Positions 37,831-47,846 of a DNA stretch of 64,000 nucleotides are shown here, piece by piece. Under the pieces are notes generated by a model. The model was not told the DNA's origin, searched no databases, and was given only the letters and a program-made list of their open reading frames with translations. A program made the translations under genes and the position numbers. The DNA comes from Desulfosoma sp. (lineage in GTDB: Bacteria; Desulfobacterota; Syntrophobacteria; Syntrophobacterales; DSM-9756). The stretch spans positions 171,503 to 235,502 of the forward strand of contig JBBFKW010000001.1 of NCBI GenBank assembly GCA_037481835.1. Reading direction: 5' to 3'. Position 1 is the first letter of the stretch; every line of letters begins with the position of its first letter.

Positions 37831-39288
37831 TCATACGGGGCTCTGTCCCAGAGGCAGCGAGGCGGCGAATCCGTCGGCGAGCATCGCCGAGTCCCTCGTG
37901 GACCGGTATCGCCGGGCGGCCTCAACCATTCCCGTCGCCCAGGATGGGCAACCCACGGCATGAAGGTGTGTGTAGGTCGCCAATACATTCTTATAGCACA
38001 CTCCGTCCCAGCCTTCCAAGACCCCGAATCCCTTTTGCACGCGAAAAGCGCATTCCACCCCTTCATCCGCATCGACGATTCGCGAATAATGGAATTCGTG
38101 TCCCTTGATCACGATCCCGGCAGGAAAGAAGGGGGTCGCCTTGACGGCTTCCAAAAGCGTGTAGCCGTGCCCCTGCGGCTTTCGCCCCATGGCGATGAAG
38201 AAGGGAAGCACCCCTACCATGGGGAAAACCCCGTCCGCGGACCGGATCCCTCGGCTGAGGTACATCAACCCTCCGCATTCCGCATAGACGGGAAGCCCCT
38301 CGTGCACGGCTTCACGAACCGAGGCCCTCAAGGTCTCGTTCAAGGCCAGCTGGGACATGTGCGTCTCGGGAAACCCTCCACCAATGTAGAGGGCATCGAT
38401 CTCAGGAAGAAAGGCCGTCGACAGGCTGTCGATGAAGACCAGCTCCGCTCCGGCCTCCTGAAGAGCTTCCAGATTTTCCGGATAGTAGAACTGAAACACG
38501 CGATCTCGAAACACGCCGATGCGGACCGGACATTGCAAACCGTCCAGGCCGCCCTCTTCAGGCGTTCCATCCGCCGGCCGAACCAGCGGCTCGGCTTCCT
38601 CCGCGAGGCGCACCACGGTGTCCACATCCATGCGGCGCATGATCTGATCCGCCAAAGTATCCAGCGTCTCTTGAAGGCACGCGTGTTCCTCCACCGGGAC
38701 CAGCCCCATGTGTCGTTCCGGGAACACGATTCCGAGATCTTTGGGCAGGACGCCCAAAACGGGAAGTCCGCACGCTTTACGGATGGATTCCGTGAGGACC
38801 CGTTCATGGCGCGCCCCGGCCACCCGGTTCAAGACCACGCCGCAGAGATGCACGTCGGGGTCCAGGGTTTGGCATCCCAACACCATGGCCGCCGCGGTCC
38901 GAGTCACCTTGGTGGCGTCCAAAACGAGGATCACCGGTGCCTTGAGGAGCTTGGCCAGTTCCGCCGACGAGCAGCTGCCCTGCGCATCCATGCCGTCATA
39001 GAGGCCCCGGTTTCCTTCGATGAGCGCCAGATCCGCCCCACGGCTCCGATCCCCAAAGGACCGCAGGAGCTTTTCGGGCGTCATGAGGTAGGGGTCCAGA
39101 TTGTAGCAGGGAAAGGATGAGGCGCACCGCAGCCATCCCGCGTCGATGTAGTCGGGCCCTTTTTTGAAGGGGACGACCCGCAGGCCCTTGAGGCGGTGCA
39201 AGGCGGCGGCAAGGCCGGTGGAAACCAGCGTCTTGCCGGCTCCCCCCCGCAGGGCTGCGATCATCAGGCGAGGTGTGCGGTGCCTCAT
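37831..39288 (-). CDS. dsrN: DsrN (CbiA/CobB-like siroheme amidase)
   Basis: GGAGKT, FKKGPDYID, EGNRGLYDG, YAECGG, GHEFHYS; lies between dsrB and dsrC. Confidence 0.85.
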   Translation of the reverse strand: MRHRTPRLMIAALRGGAGKTLVSTGLAAALHRLKGLRVVPFKKGPDYIDAGWLRCASSFPCYNLDPYLMTPEKLLRSFGDRSRGADLALIEGNRGLYDGMDAQGSCSSAELAKLLKAPVILVLDATKVTRTAAAMVLGCQTLDPDVHLCGVVLNRVAGARHERVLTESIRKACGLPVLGVLPKDLGIVFPERHMGLVPVEEHACLQETLDTLADQIMRRMDVDTVVRLAEEAEPLVRPADGTPEEGGLDGLQCPVRIGVFRDRVFQFYYPENLEALQEAGAELVFIDSLSTAFLPEIDALYIGGGFPETHMSQLALNETLRASVREAVHEGLPVYAECGGLMYLSRGIRSADGVFPMVGVLPFFIAMGRKPQGHGYTLLEAVKATPFFPAGIVIKGHEFHYSRIVDADEGVECAFRVQKGFGVLEGWDGVCYKNVLATYTHLHAVGCPSWATGMVEAARRYRSTRDSAMLADGFAASLPLGQSPV

Positions 39289-39348
39289 ATCGGATCACCG
39301 AAGGCAAGGCCGACCCCCCAAGAGGGGGGCCGGCTGCCGTGATGGTTC

Positions 39349-40449
39349 CTAGAACTTGAACTGCGTTGTGGTCCGCCACGTGGTCATGGCCAACCGGTAG
39401 TCGTCGATATGCTCGTGACGGAACTCAATACCCGTCTTTTCGAAGAACTTTTCCCAACCGATGCGATCGATCCATTCGCCGATGCGCTCATAGCGTTTGG
39501 CATCAGAGGCATAGGTTTCGAGCATCTTCTTAATGGTCTGGACCGTTGTCGGCCAGCGCGGCGGTTCGTTGGGGATGTAAGGCACGGCGAGCTTGGAGAA
39601 CTTGGGCGGAACGCGGGAGTTGGACACCTTCCCGCCGACCCACAGGGCGATGCCGTCGCCTTCCCCGTCCGCCAGAGGCAGAGCCGGGCACATGGTGTAG
39701 CAGTTGCCGCAGAACATGCAGCGGTTTTCGTTGATCTCGACGCTCTTGTAATCGCCCACCTTCTTCGGCTTGATGGCCGCCGTCGGGCACGCGGCGATGA
39801 CCAAGGGAATTTCGCACACGTTCTGGACGCGTTCATGCTCGATGATGGGCGGTTTGCGGTGCACGCCCAGAATGGCGATATCCGAGCAGTGCACGGCGCC
39901 GCACATGTTCAGGCAGCAGGCCAAGGAAATGCGCACCTGGGCCGGCAGCTTGTGGGAACCGAAATACTCGAAAAGCTCGTCCATGACGGCTTTGACGATC
40001 CCCGAAGCGTCAATGGCCGGCGTGTGGCAATGGACCCAGCCCTGCGTGTGGACGATGTTCGTCACACTGGCGCCTGTGCCGCCGATGGGGAACCAATTGC
40101 CGCGGCTCTTGAGATCGTCCATGAGCGGTTTCAGTTTGGACTTGTCGTCCACGAGGAACTCGATGTTGTTCCGAGTGGTCCATCGCACGTAGCCGCCGCA
40201 GTGCTTGTCAGCGATGTCGCAGATTTCGCGGATGAGGTCCACAGAAAGAAGCCGGGCGGCGCCCACGCGCACCGTGTAGACTTCGGCGCCCGTTTCGGAG
40301 ACATGCACCAACACGCCGGGTTCCAAGATTTCATGGTATTTCCACTTGCCGTAGTTTTCCTTGATAACCGGCGGGAAGAACTTGTCGTACTTGGGAGGTC
40401 CGATATCGGTGATGCGATCTTTCATAATGTCATTGGGATCGAATGGCAT
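39349..40449 (-). CDS. dsrB: Dissimilatory sulfite reductase beta subunit
   Basis: [46 protein letters not shown]. Confidence 0.98.
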   Translation of the reverse strand: MPFDPNDIMKDRITDIGPPKYDKFFPPVIKENYGKWKYHEILEPGVLVHVSETGAEVYTVRVGAARLLSVDLIREICDIADKHCGGYVRWTTRNNIEFLVDDKSKLKPLMDDLKSRGNWFPIGGTGASVTNIVHTQGWVHCHTPAIDASGIVKAVMDELFEYFGSHKLPAQVRISLACCLNMCGAVHCSDIAILGVHRKPPIIEHERVQNVCEIPLVIAACPTAAIKPKKVGDYKSVEINENRCMFCGNCYTMCPALPLADGEGDGIALWVGGKVSNSRVPPKFSKLAVPYIPNEPPRWPTTVQTIKKMLETYASDAKRYERIGEWIDRIGWEKFFEKTGIEFRHEHIDDYRLAMTTWRTTTQFKF

Positions 40450-40460
40450 GGTGTCACCTC

Positions 40461-41735
40461 CTATGCATGATGCCGTTCACGGTAAGACTTGGCATCCCGC
40501 TCCCAACCGCCGGGAACGTCCGCCGGATCGTAGAAAATGTACGGGTTGTAGCGCGGCGTGTTGATCATGCGCGGATCGGGTTGGATTTCCACGGCTTTCA
40601 GAAATTCGCGCAGGCCCAGGCGTTGGATGAGTTCACCCAACCGCTCGCGGTTCTTGCCGTTTTCCATCCACCAATCCCACATCTTTTCCACGAATTCATG
40701 GAACTCTTCGTAAGGCGGTTCCATCTTCATAAACGGGATGATGACGCTGGAAAGCTGCGCGCCTTCCAGGATCGGGGCCTTGGCGCCCACGAGGATGGTG
40801 GCGCCCACATCGGTTCCGGGCCGCAAGGCGCGCGGCATGACGTTGATGCAATGCATGCAGCGGGTGCAGTCTTCGTCCCAAATCTTGAGGTTCTTGCCGT
40901 CCCATTCCATGCAGCGCGTCGGGCACAGGTCGAGAACTTCCTTTTGGATGTCCAGTTTGCGCTTTTCGAACCCGTGGGACCCGCCGTTGGGCACCAATTC
41001 GCCGCCCACATAGGCGCGCACGGCTTCCTGGTCGATGCGGATCTTGTCCCGCCAGGTCCCGATGATGGAGCAGTCGGCACGGGCGATGGCAGCCACGCAG
41101 TCGTTGGGGCAGCCCGATGCCTTGAACTTGAACTTGTACGGGAACATGGGGCGATGGAGTTCGTCTTGGTACTTGATGGTGATGTCGTAAATGATGTCCT
41201 GGGTGTCCAGGCAGGACCATTCACAGCGCGCCCGCCCCACACAGCCTTCCGGGGTCCTCATGTTGGATCCCGAGCCGCCCAGGTCCATGCCCAGTTCATG
41301 GGTGAGCCTATAGAAAATGGGTTCCAGCTGATCGGTGGTGGTCCCCAAGAGGATGCAGTCGCCCGTGGAGCCGTGCATGTTGGTCAAGCCGCTGCCGTGC
41401 TCTTCCCAGATGTCGCACAGCTTCCTCAAGACTTCCGTGCTGTAGAACTTGCTCGCCGGCTGGTTCACGCGCATGGTGTGGAAATGGGCCACGTTGGGGA
41501 AAAGGTCCGGCCGGTCGCAGTAACGGCCGATGACACCGCCGCCGTAACCGAAAACACCGACGATGCCGCCGTGCTTCCAGTGGCCTTCCTTGTGCTCATA
41601 GGACATTTCCAAGAGCCCCAGAAGATCTTCGCACATGGGTTTCCTGGCCGCGATTCGCTTGATGTCCGTCACGAAGCTCGGCCATGGACCCTTTTCCAGT
41701 TCGTCGAGCATCGGGGTCGCATGCTTCAAAGCCAT
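40461..41735 (-). CDS. dsrA: Dissimilatory sulfite reductase alpha subunit
   Basis: [60 protein letters not shown] before ATG 41735. Confidence 0.98.
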   Translation of the reverse strand: MALKHATPMLDELEKGPWPSFVTDIKRIAARKPMCEDLLGLLEMSYEHKEGHWKHGGIVGVFGYGGGVIGRYCDRPDLFPNVAHFHTMRVNQPASKFYSTEVLRKLCDIWEEHGSGLTNMHGSTGDCILLGTTTDQLEPIFYRLTHELGMDLGGSGSNMRTPEGCVGRARCEWSCLDTQDIIYDITIKYQDELHRPMFPYKFKFKASGCPNDCVAAIARADCSIIGTWRDKIRIDQEAVRAYVGGELVPNGGSHGFEKRKLDIQKEVLDLCPTRCMEWDGKNLKIWDEDCTRCMHCINVMPRALRPGTDVGATILVGAKAPILEGAQLSSVIIPFMKMEPPYEEFHEFVEKMWDWWMENGKNRERLGELIQRLGLREFLKAVEIQPDPRMINTPRYNPYIFYDPADVPGGWERDAKSYRERHHA

Positions 41736-41870
41736 CCTTCTACCTCCTTGAGAGAATGAAAAAACCCGCTCACACACTTTGGCGCCCCCAACCCGATCCG
41801 ACCCCGGCGGCCCTGTGCTTTCCGCCGCCTGCGAAAGCCGAACCCGCCGGCGCGGGGCACCCCCAAAGGC

Positions 41871-42107
41871 CTATTTCATCTTTTCCTCTTCCGCCGCCAC
41901 GTCGTCCACTCCCGGCAGCATGTAAAGGGTCGTGCTGCCGCTGGACCAGTACTTGACCTTGCCTTCCTCCACGAGCTCGTTGATCACCTTCTTGGCTTCC
42001 CGCATCTTGAGTTCGGGGACGGCCTTGCACAGGTCGTTGAAGTAAAGCTTGGTTTTCTTTTGGCTTTTCATGTACTCTAAAATCTTCGCTTTGGCCTCTT
42101 CACTCAT
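41871..42107 (-). CDS. dsrD: DsrD
   Basis: KTKLYFND, REAKKVINELV, YWSSGSTTLY. Confidence 0.92.
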   Translation of the reverse strand: MSEEAKAKILEYMKSQKKTKLYFNDLCKAVPELKMREAKKVINELVEEGKVKYWSSGSTTLYMLPGVDDVAAEEEKMK

Positions 42108-42197
42108 GGGTCCTCTCCTTTATGGATGAAAAACACGCACATCGGGGGCCCCCGTGCGCCCCCGCCGATTCTTTCGTCGCGAGACGTGCAAATGAGA

Positions 42198-42215
42198 AAG
42201 TGAACTTATTCACTC
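42198..42215. promoter_or_regulatory. Putative Rex operator of the dsr operon
   Basis: AAGTGAA-CTTA-TTCACTC with palindromic core GTGAA-N4-TTCAC, just downstream of the predicted promoter. Confidence 0.6.
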
Positions 42216-42228
42216 GCAGCCCGACCCC

Positions 42229-42258
42229 TCTATAAACTTGGGTTTCAAGCTTTGTCAA
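42229..42258 (-). promoter_or_regulatory. Sigma70 promoter of the dsrDABNC cluster
   Basis: Minus strand TTGACA-18 nt-TATAGA. Confidence 0.6.
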
Positions 42259-42438
42259 CAAAAAACCCGGCCGACGGCCCCGCCCCTTTGGAAGGCCTTG
42301 CCGCCCACGCCTTGACAGACCCCCCGGGCCTTGTTAGGTTCCCTGCGCTCGGCCGGTCGGTGGATCGCAAGCCCAAGAAGCCTTCGGCCGGGGCCGGTTC
42401 GATCCGGTTTTTCACTCCCAGACGACACGAGGACGGCC

Positions 42439-43083
42439 ATGTCAGAAACCACTCAGGACGCCAAACAACTCCAATCGGACCTCAACCAATATATCCGCTA
42501 CCTTCGAGAACGCCTCTTCTTTGAACCGGATTCCCCAGTGTTTCACTACAACCTGGGCCTCGCCTACGCCCGAAAAGGGCTTCGAGCCGAAGCCATCGCC
42601 GAATTCCGCCAGGCCATCGCCTGCGACCCGTCCATGGCCCAGGCCTATGTGAACCTGGGGGGGCTTTACTTTCAGGAAGGCGATCTGGACCGATGCATCG
42701 AAGCCAACCTCAAGGCTGTGGCCTTGGACCCCAATCTCGCCATGGCCTACAGCAACCTGGGTTTCGCCTACCTGCAGAAAGGAAACCCCGACGAGGCCAT
42801 CCCGGCGTGCCGAAAAGCGGTGGCGTTGATGCCGAACCTTTTGCAGGCCCACAACAATTTGGCCGTCGCCCACATTCAAAGGGGTGAATGGCGGGAAAGC
42901 GTGGCCGCATCCCTCAAGGTTTTGGAACTCAAGGCGGATTTCGCCCCGGCCCACTTCAACCTGTACGTGGCTTACCAGGCACTGGGCGATGCCGAAAAGG
43001 CCGCCCATCATTTCGCTCGGGCAAAAGCCCTGGGATACCCCGTTGACGAGGAAGAAATCCCGGCGCCACAGCGTGAGCCGTAA
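42439..43083 (+). CDS. TPR repeat protein
   Basis: Repeated YNLG/VNLG/SNLG/NNLA TPR units; GAGGA RBS. Confidence 0.85.
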   Translation: MSETTQDAKQLQSDLNQYIRYLRERLFFEPDSPVFHYNLGLAYARKGLRAEAIAEFRQAIACDPSMAQAYVNLGGLYFQEGDLDRCIEANLKAVALDPNLAMAYSNLGFAYLQKGNPDEAIPACRKAVALMPNLLQAHNNLAVAHIQRGEWRESVAASLKVLELKADFAPAHFNLYVAYQALGDAEKAAHHFARAKALGYPVDEEEIPAPQREP

Positions 43084-43287
43084 CGTCAAGAAGGACGGCG
43101 CCAAAAAGCCGCCAATGGGTTTCAACCGGCTTGAAAAGATGCCTCAGCCGCGATTCCAACGGCCGGCACACCCGTTCCTTGGGAAAGGGACCGCGCATGA
43201 CAAATTCTTTCGCGGTTTCGGAGGCGCCCCATGGACGGCCGGAATGGGCAAGGGGCGAATTTGGGGCAAGACAGAGGAGTCCACACC

Positions 43288-43791
43288 GTGACGATGGGAA
43301 CCGAAACGCCCATGGAAGTGCTCAAAGACCGGTTTGTCGTTTTGGAATACACCGTGACCTTGGAAGACGGGTCGGTGGTTTTGGGGGGAGCCCAACCTGC
43401 AGCCCTGAATTTCGCCGTCGGATACGGGCAGATCCTTCCGGCCTTGGAAGCGCGCCTTCTCGGGCACAGGGAAGGGGAAACACTCCGGTTCGTCATTCCC
43501 GCCGAGGAAGCCTTCGGTTCCTACGAACCCCGCCAGGTGAAGCGCCGTTCCTTTGAGGAGTTTCCTCAGGGGCGCACGCTTCAGCCGGGCAAATGGGTCG
43601 TGGCTTCCAACGATCGCACGGGAGCCCAGTATACCTATTACGTTCAGTCCAAGGATGAGGACGGCGTAGTTTTGGACTTCAACCACCCTTTGGCCGGAAA
43701 AGACCTCCACTATCGCGTGAGCATCGTCAAAGTGCGCGATCTTTTCCCCGAGGAATTGGCGGAATTGCGTCCGTGCAGGACGGAGTCCTGA
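43288..43791 (+). CDS. FKBP-type peptidyl-prolyl isomerase (SlyD-like, no His-rich tail)
   Basis: GYGQILPALE, PAEEAFG, DFNHPLAGKDL. Confidence 0.85.
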   Translation: MTMGTETPMEVLKDRFVVLEYTVTLEDGSVVLGGAQPAALNFAVGYGQILPALEARLLGHREGETLRFVIPAEEAFGSYEPRQVKRRSFEEFPQGRTLQPGKWVVASNDRTGAQYTYYVQSKDEDGVVLDFNHPLAGKDLHYRVSIVKVRDLFPEELAELRPCRTES

Positions 43792-43798
43792 GCGCCCC

Positions 43799-44134
43799 TC
43801 ATCGGTCGTCTGACCGCGTGCGTTCGAACCAACAGCAAAAAGCCGACACCGCCAGGGCCCTGGGATCGTGCCGCAGGAGCCCTCGGCACAAATCCAGAAG
43901 CTCCTTGTGGTGGCTTTTCAGCCGTTCGTCCTGCCCCTCGGCTTGGTAGAATTCGGCGAGAATCATGGCCGCCTGCACGGCCGTGCCGCTTCGGATCTGT
44001 TCCCGAGGGTCCTTGGGTTCCTGGAAAGGGTCCCAATTTTCGTAGCCCAGCTTCAGGATACGCTTTTGGCCGCGCGGGGACATCTGTTCGAAGATGGCTC
44101 GCTTGCGGCGTTCGTACTCTTCACGATCTTCCAT
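43799..44134 (-). CDS. Hypothetical protein (111 aa)
   Basis: MEDREEYERRKRAIFEQMSPR..KLGYENWDPFQEPKDP; follows ahbAB after a short gap; GGAG RBS. Confidence 0.65.
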   Translation of the reverse strand: MEDREEYERRKRAIFEQMSPRGQKRILKLGYENWDPFQEPKDPREQIRSGTAVQAAMILAEFYQAEGQDERLKSHHKELLDLCRGLLRHDPRALAVSAFCCWFERTRSDDR

Positions 44135-44148
44135 AGGCCGTGCTCCCG

Positions 44149-45141
44149 TTACGTGTCCTCCCAAAAGAGCTTGAGCCGGATTTTTTTGAATTCCCGTGTA
44201 CTGAAAAGGATGCGGTAATCCGGAAGTCCCACGGCTGCGGCGAGCCTTTCGGCGATCTGTTCGCATTCCGAGACGCTCCTGCCGTGGATCATGGCATAAA
44301 GGTTAAAAGGCCACTGGGGATGGGCCGGCCTCTGATAACAGTGGCTCACTTCCGGAAAAGCCGCCAAGGCCGCACCGGCGGCGTCGATGCCCGAAAGGTC
44401 GCACCGCCAGACGACCATGCCGTTGGCGCCGAACCCGACCCTGCGGTGGTTGAGCACCGCGGCGAAGCGGCGAATCCAGCTGCGGGCGAGCCATCGGTCG
44501 ATGACGGCCAGAAGTTCTTCGGCGCGCATCCCCAGCACGTCGGCCCAGCTGTGGAAAGGTTGCGGCACCAAGGGCAGGTCCTCTTGGAGACACCGGACCA
44601 GTTTCACGGTGCGCTCCGAAACCTGGAATCGCTCCGTCGAATTCAGGGGCGCTTCGGGAGCGTCCGCTGCACCGGGCTCACTTTCCGAATCCTCCAAGAC
44701 ATCCAGGACCACCGCCAGTTTGTATTTTTTCACCGCCGGGAGGATGAGGGTCGGCCATCCGCCCGCCTTTCGGGCCAGCTGGTCCACGACGGTTTCAAGA
44801 TCCCGGCCGGGAGGCACCGCAATGGTAAACCATAGATTAAATGGGGCCGGGCGAAGATAGTTGTGGCTCACCCCGGGATAAGCGTTGACGGCTTCGGCGG
44901 CCTGTTCCACGCGGGGTTCCGGCACGGCCATGGCGACCAGGCTGCTGTGATAGCCCAGGGCACTGGTGTTGAAAATGGCGCTGATTTGGCGCACCAGCCG
45001 CAAGCCTTTCAGGCTTTCGATGCGCGCCAGGACATCCCTTTCCGTGAGTCCGAGCCTTTCTCCCAACACCGCATAGGGCCGCTCCCCGATGGGGAAAGCC
45101 CGTTGGATCTGATCCAAGAGCCGCCGATCGATGGTATCCAA
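44149..45141 (-). CDS. ahbAB: Fused siroheme decarboxylase AhbA-AhbB (Lrp/AsnC-like)
   Basis: Two tandem units: FPIGERPY..VRQISAIF..GVSHNYLR..NLWFT and QEDLPLVPQPF..IRRFAAVLNH..ANGM..VSHCYQR..YAMIHG..REFKK; TTG start inferred. Confidence 0.85.
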   Translation of the reverse strand: MDTIDRRLLDQIQRAFPIGERPYAVLGERLGLTERDVLARIESLKGLRLVRQISAIFNTSALGYHSSLVAMAVPEPRVEQAAEAVNAYPGVSHNYLRPAPFNLWFTIAVPPGRDLETVVDQLARKAGGWPTLILPAVKKYKLAVVLDVLEDSESEPGAADAPEAPLNSTERFQVSERTVKLVRCLQEDLPLVPQPFHSWADVLGMRAEELLAVIDRWLARSWIRRFAAVLNHRRVGFGANGMVVWRCDLSGIDAAGAALAAFPEVSHCYQRPAHPQWPFNLYAMIHGRSVSECEQIAERLAAAVGLPDYRILFSTREFKKIRLKLFWEDT

Positions 45142-45258
45142 AGAATCCCCTTCCCGCACCGAAACCCTTCGGGTCAAAAGTCGCTTGGGTATCCGCTCCC
45201 TGCCATGATAAACATTTTCGCCGATGGACGCCAAAACCTTTCACCGCCGGAGAGCCCC

Positions 45259-46719
45259 ATGTCCTTGAAAATCCTTTTCTGCGCTTCGGAAGCCACGCCC
45301 TTTGCCAAGACGGGCGGTCTGGCCGACGTGGCCGGATCCCTGCCCGAGGCTCTCACCGCCTTGGGCTGCGATGTTCGGCTCCTCATGCCCCTTTACCCCT
45401 CCGTGGACAGAGGGGAAGACGCCCTGAAGATTCTCGCCGAATGGATCCCCATTCCCGTGGGCATCCAGACGTATCATGTGCACTTTTGGCAGTGGCTGCG
45501 CCCGTCGTCCTATCTGGTTTATTTTATGGAAAAGGACGAATTCTTCCACCGGCCCAACCTCTATGTCCATCCCGTGCGTGGAGACTACGAGGACAACGCC
45601 CAGCGCTTCATCACCTTCTCCCGGGCCGTCTCCGCCCTTTGCAAGCACCTGGACTGGATTCCGGACGTTTTGCACCTTCACGACTGGCAGACGGCGTGCG
45701 CCGCCGCTTACCAGCACTTTCTGTGGCGCTACGATCCGGCTTTTTCCCGCGTGCGAACTCTGTTGACCATCCACAACCTCGCCCATCAGGGTTTGTTCCC
45801 GGAATCCTATTTCTCCCTCACGGGTCTTCCCTCGGAAGCTTATACCATCGACGGCATGGAGTTTTACGGCCAGTGCAACTTCCTCAAGGCGGGCATCGCC
45901 TACAGCCACCGCATTTCCACGGTGAGCCCTCGGTATGCCAAGGAGATCCTCGAACCCAAGCAGGGTTTCGGTTTGGACGGGATTCTACGGCGTCGGCAGG
46001 ATGACCTGGTGGGCATCCTGAACGGCATCGACGCCGATCGATGGGATCCCTCCCGGGACACCCTGATCCCGGCGCCGTTCGATGCCGATCGGTTGGAGGG
46101 CAAGAGGGCGTGCAAAGACCATGTGATGCAGGAGCTGAATTTTCCCCAGGCCGTAAAAGACGATCCCCTGTGCGTCGTCGTCAGCCGTTTGGTGCATCAA
46201 AAAGGGATCGACCTCATCTTGGATGCTCTGGACGACATGATGGATCTTTCCGTCTGCCTTGCCGTTTTGGGAACCGGCGATCCTCATCTGGAGAAACTGC
46301 TGGGACAGGCCCAGTCGCGCCATCCGGAGCGCCTCCGGGTGGTTGTTGCCTTCGACGAAGGCTTGGCCCATCGGTTGGAAGCCGGCGGCGACCTCTTCCT
46401 CATGCCGTCCCGTTACGAACCATGCGGCCTGAATCAGATGTACAGCATGCGCTACGGCACCATTCCCATCGTGGCCGCTACGGGCGGTCTGGACGATTCC
46501 GTCGTGGATGCCGTCCAAAACCCTCACACGGGCACCGGCTTCAAGTTCTATGAACACTCTCGGGAGGCTTTCCTTGGGGCCTTGAAAGCGGCTCTGGAGG
46601 CCTACAGGGACGCCGGCCGGTGGCGCGATATGCAGCGCAGGGCCATGAGCGAGGATTTCAGCTGGCGCCGCGCCGCCCGATCCTACCTGACCCTCTATGA
46701 AGACATGCTGTCCCGATAG
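45259..46719 (+). CDS. glgA: Glycogen synthase
   Basis: ASEATPFAKTGGLADV, HDWQT, TIHNL, PSRYEPCGLNQ. Confidence 0.95.
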   Translation: MSLKILFCASEATPFAKTGGLADVAGSLPEALTALGCDVRLLMPLYPSVDRGEDALKILAEWIPIPVGIQTYHVHFWQWLRPSSYLVYFMEKDEFFHRPNLYVHPVRGDYEDNAQRFITFSRAVSALCKHLDWIPDVLHLHDWQTACAAAYQHFLWRYDPAFSRVRTLLTIHNLAHQGLFPESYFSLTGLPSEAYTIDGMEFYGQCNFLKAGIAYSHRISTVSPRYAKEILEPKQGFGLDGILRRRQDDLVGILNGIDADRWDPSRDTLIPAPFDADRLEGKRACKDHVMQELNFPQAVKDDPLCVVVSRLVHQKGIDLILDALDDMMDLSVCLAVLGTGDPHLEKLLGQAQSRHPERLRVVVAFDEGLAHRLEAGGDLFLMPSRYEPCGLNQMYSMRYGTIPIVAATGGLDDSVVDAVQNPHTGTGFKFYEHSREAFLGALKAALEAYRDAGRWRDMQRRAMSEDFSWRRAARSYLTLYEDMLSR

Positions 46720-46754
46720 CGGGGGCCCCTCGTAAAGACAAAGGAGACGACCGA

Positions 46755-47825
46755 ATGAACGACCTGAACGTGTATGAGAAACTCGCGCGACATCTCGACC
46801 GCCTTCCCGCAGGATTTCCCCGCACTGAGTCCGGCGTGGAACTCAAGATTTTGCAAAAACTTTTTACTCCCGAAGAGGCTCGACTGGCCGTGTTGCTTAC
46901 CCTGAAGCCGGAACCCGTCCAAAGCGTCGCCGAACGTGCCGGCACACCTGCCGACGAGCTGGCCCCCAAGCTGGAAGAGATGGCCCGAAAAGGGCTCATC
47001 TTTCGCCTCCGCAAAGGCAACGAGGCTCGCTACATGGCGGCCCAGTTCGTCATCGGCATCTGGGAATATCACGTCAACGCCCTAGACGAGGAACTCATCG
47101 CTCTCGTCAACGAATACATCCCGGTGTTCTTCGAAAAGAGCATGGCCCTCAAGACCCCGCAGCTGAGAACCATCCCTCTGCCCCGTTCCATCACGCCGGA
47201 ACAGAGCGTCATGCCATACGAAGAAGCACGGCGCATCATCGCCGAGCAGGACAAAATCGTGGTCGCCCCGTGCATCTGCCGCAAGGAGCATGCCATGGTG
47301 GGCAAGGGCTGTGAGCGCCCCTTGGAAACCTGCCTCGTTTTCGGCAGCGGCGCCCGATACTACGAAGACAACGGCCTGGGGCGCCCCATCGACCAGGACG
47401 AGGCGCTCAAGATCTTGCAGATGGCTGAAGAACACGCCCTGGTCCTTCAACCCTCCAACGCCCAAAAGGTCATGAACATCTGCCTGTGCTGCGGCTGCTG
47501 CTGCCAGATTCTGAAAAACCTCAAACGCCTCCCCAGGCCCGCCGATTTCGTCGTGAGCAATTTCTTCGCCCGAGTCCGGCAGGACGATTGCATCGGATGC
47601 GAAACATGCGTGGAACGCTGCCAGATGGAGGCTATCACCATGGTGGATGGGACGGCCCACGTGGCTCAGGAGCGCTGCATCGGCTGCGGGGTGTGCGTGC
47701 CTACCTGTCCCGAAGACGCCATCGCTTTGGAACCCAAGCCGGAAGAACAGAAAAAGACACCGCCCGCTCACCCCTTCGACCTTTACAAGATCATGGCCAT
47801 GCAGCGCATGGCGGCCGGCGGGTAA
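46755..47825 (+). CDS. 4Fe-4S dicluster protein with N-terminal winged-helix-like region
   Basis: CICR, CLCCGCCC, CIGCETCVERC, CIGCGVCVPTCP. Confidence 0.8.
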   Translation: MNDLNVYEKLARHLDRLPAGFPRTESGVELKILQKLFTPEEARLAVLLTLKPEPVQSVAERAGTPADELAPKLEEMARKGLIFRLRKGNEARYMAAQFVIGIWEYHVNALDEELIALVNEYIPVFFEKSMALKTPQLRTIPLPRSITPEQSVMPYEEARRIIAEQDKIVVAPCICRKEHAMVGKGCERPLETCLVFGSGARYYEDNGLGRPIDQDEALKILQMAEEHALVLQPSNAQKVMNICLCCGCCCQILKNLKRLPRPADFVVSNFFARVRQDDCIGCETCVERCQMEAITMVDGTAHVAQERCIGCGVCVPTCPEDAIALEPKPEEQKKTPPAHPFDLYKIMAMQRMAAGG

Positions 47826-47846
47826 AAGAGGGCGATTTTCGGAGGA

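Noticed and set aside
37831..39288. Cobalamin-pathway cbiA/cobB
   Set aside because: Its position between dsrB and dsrC favours the paralog dsrN
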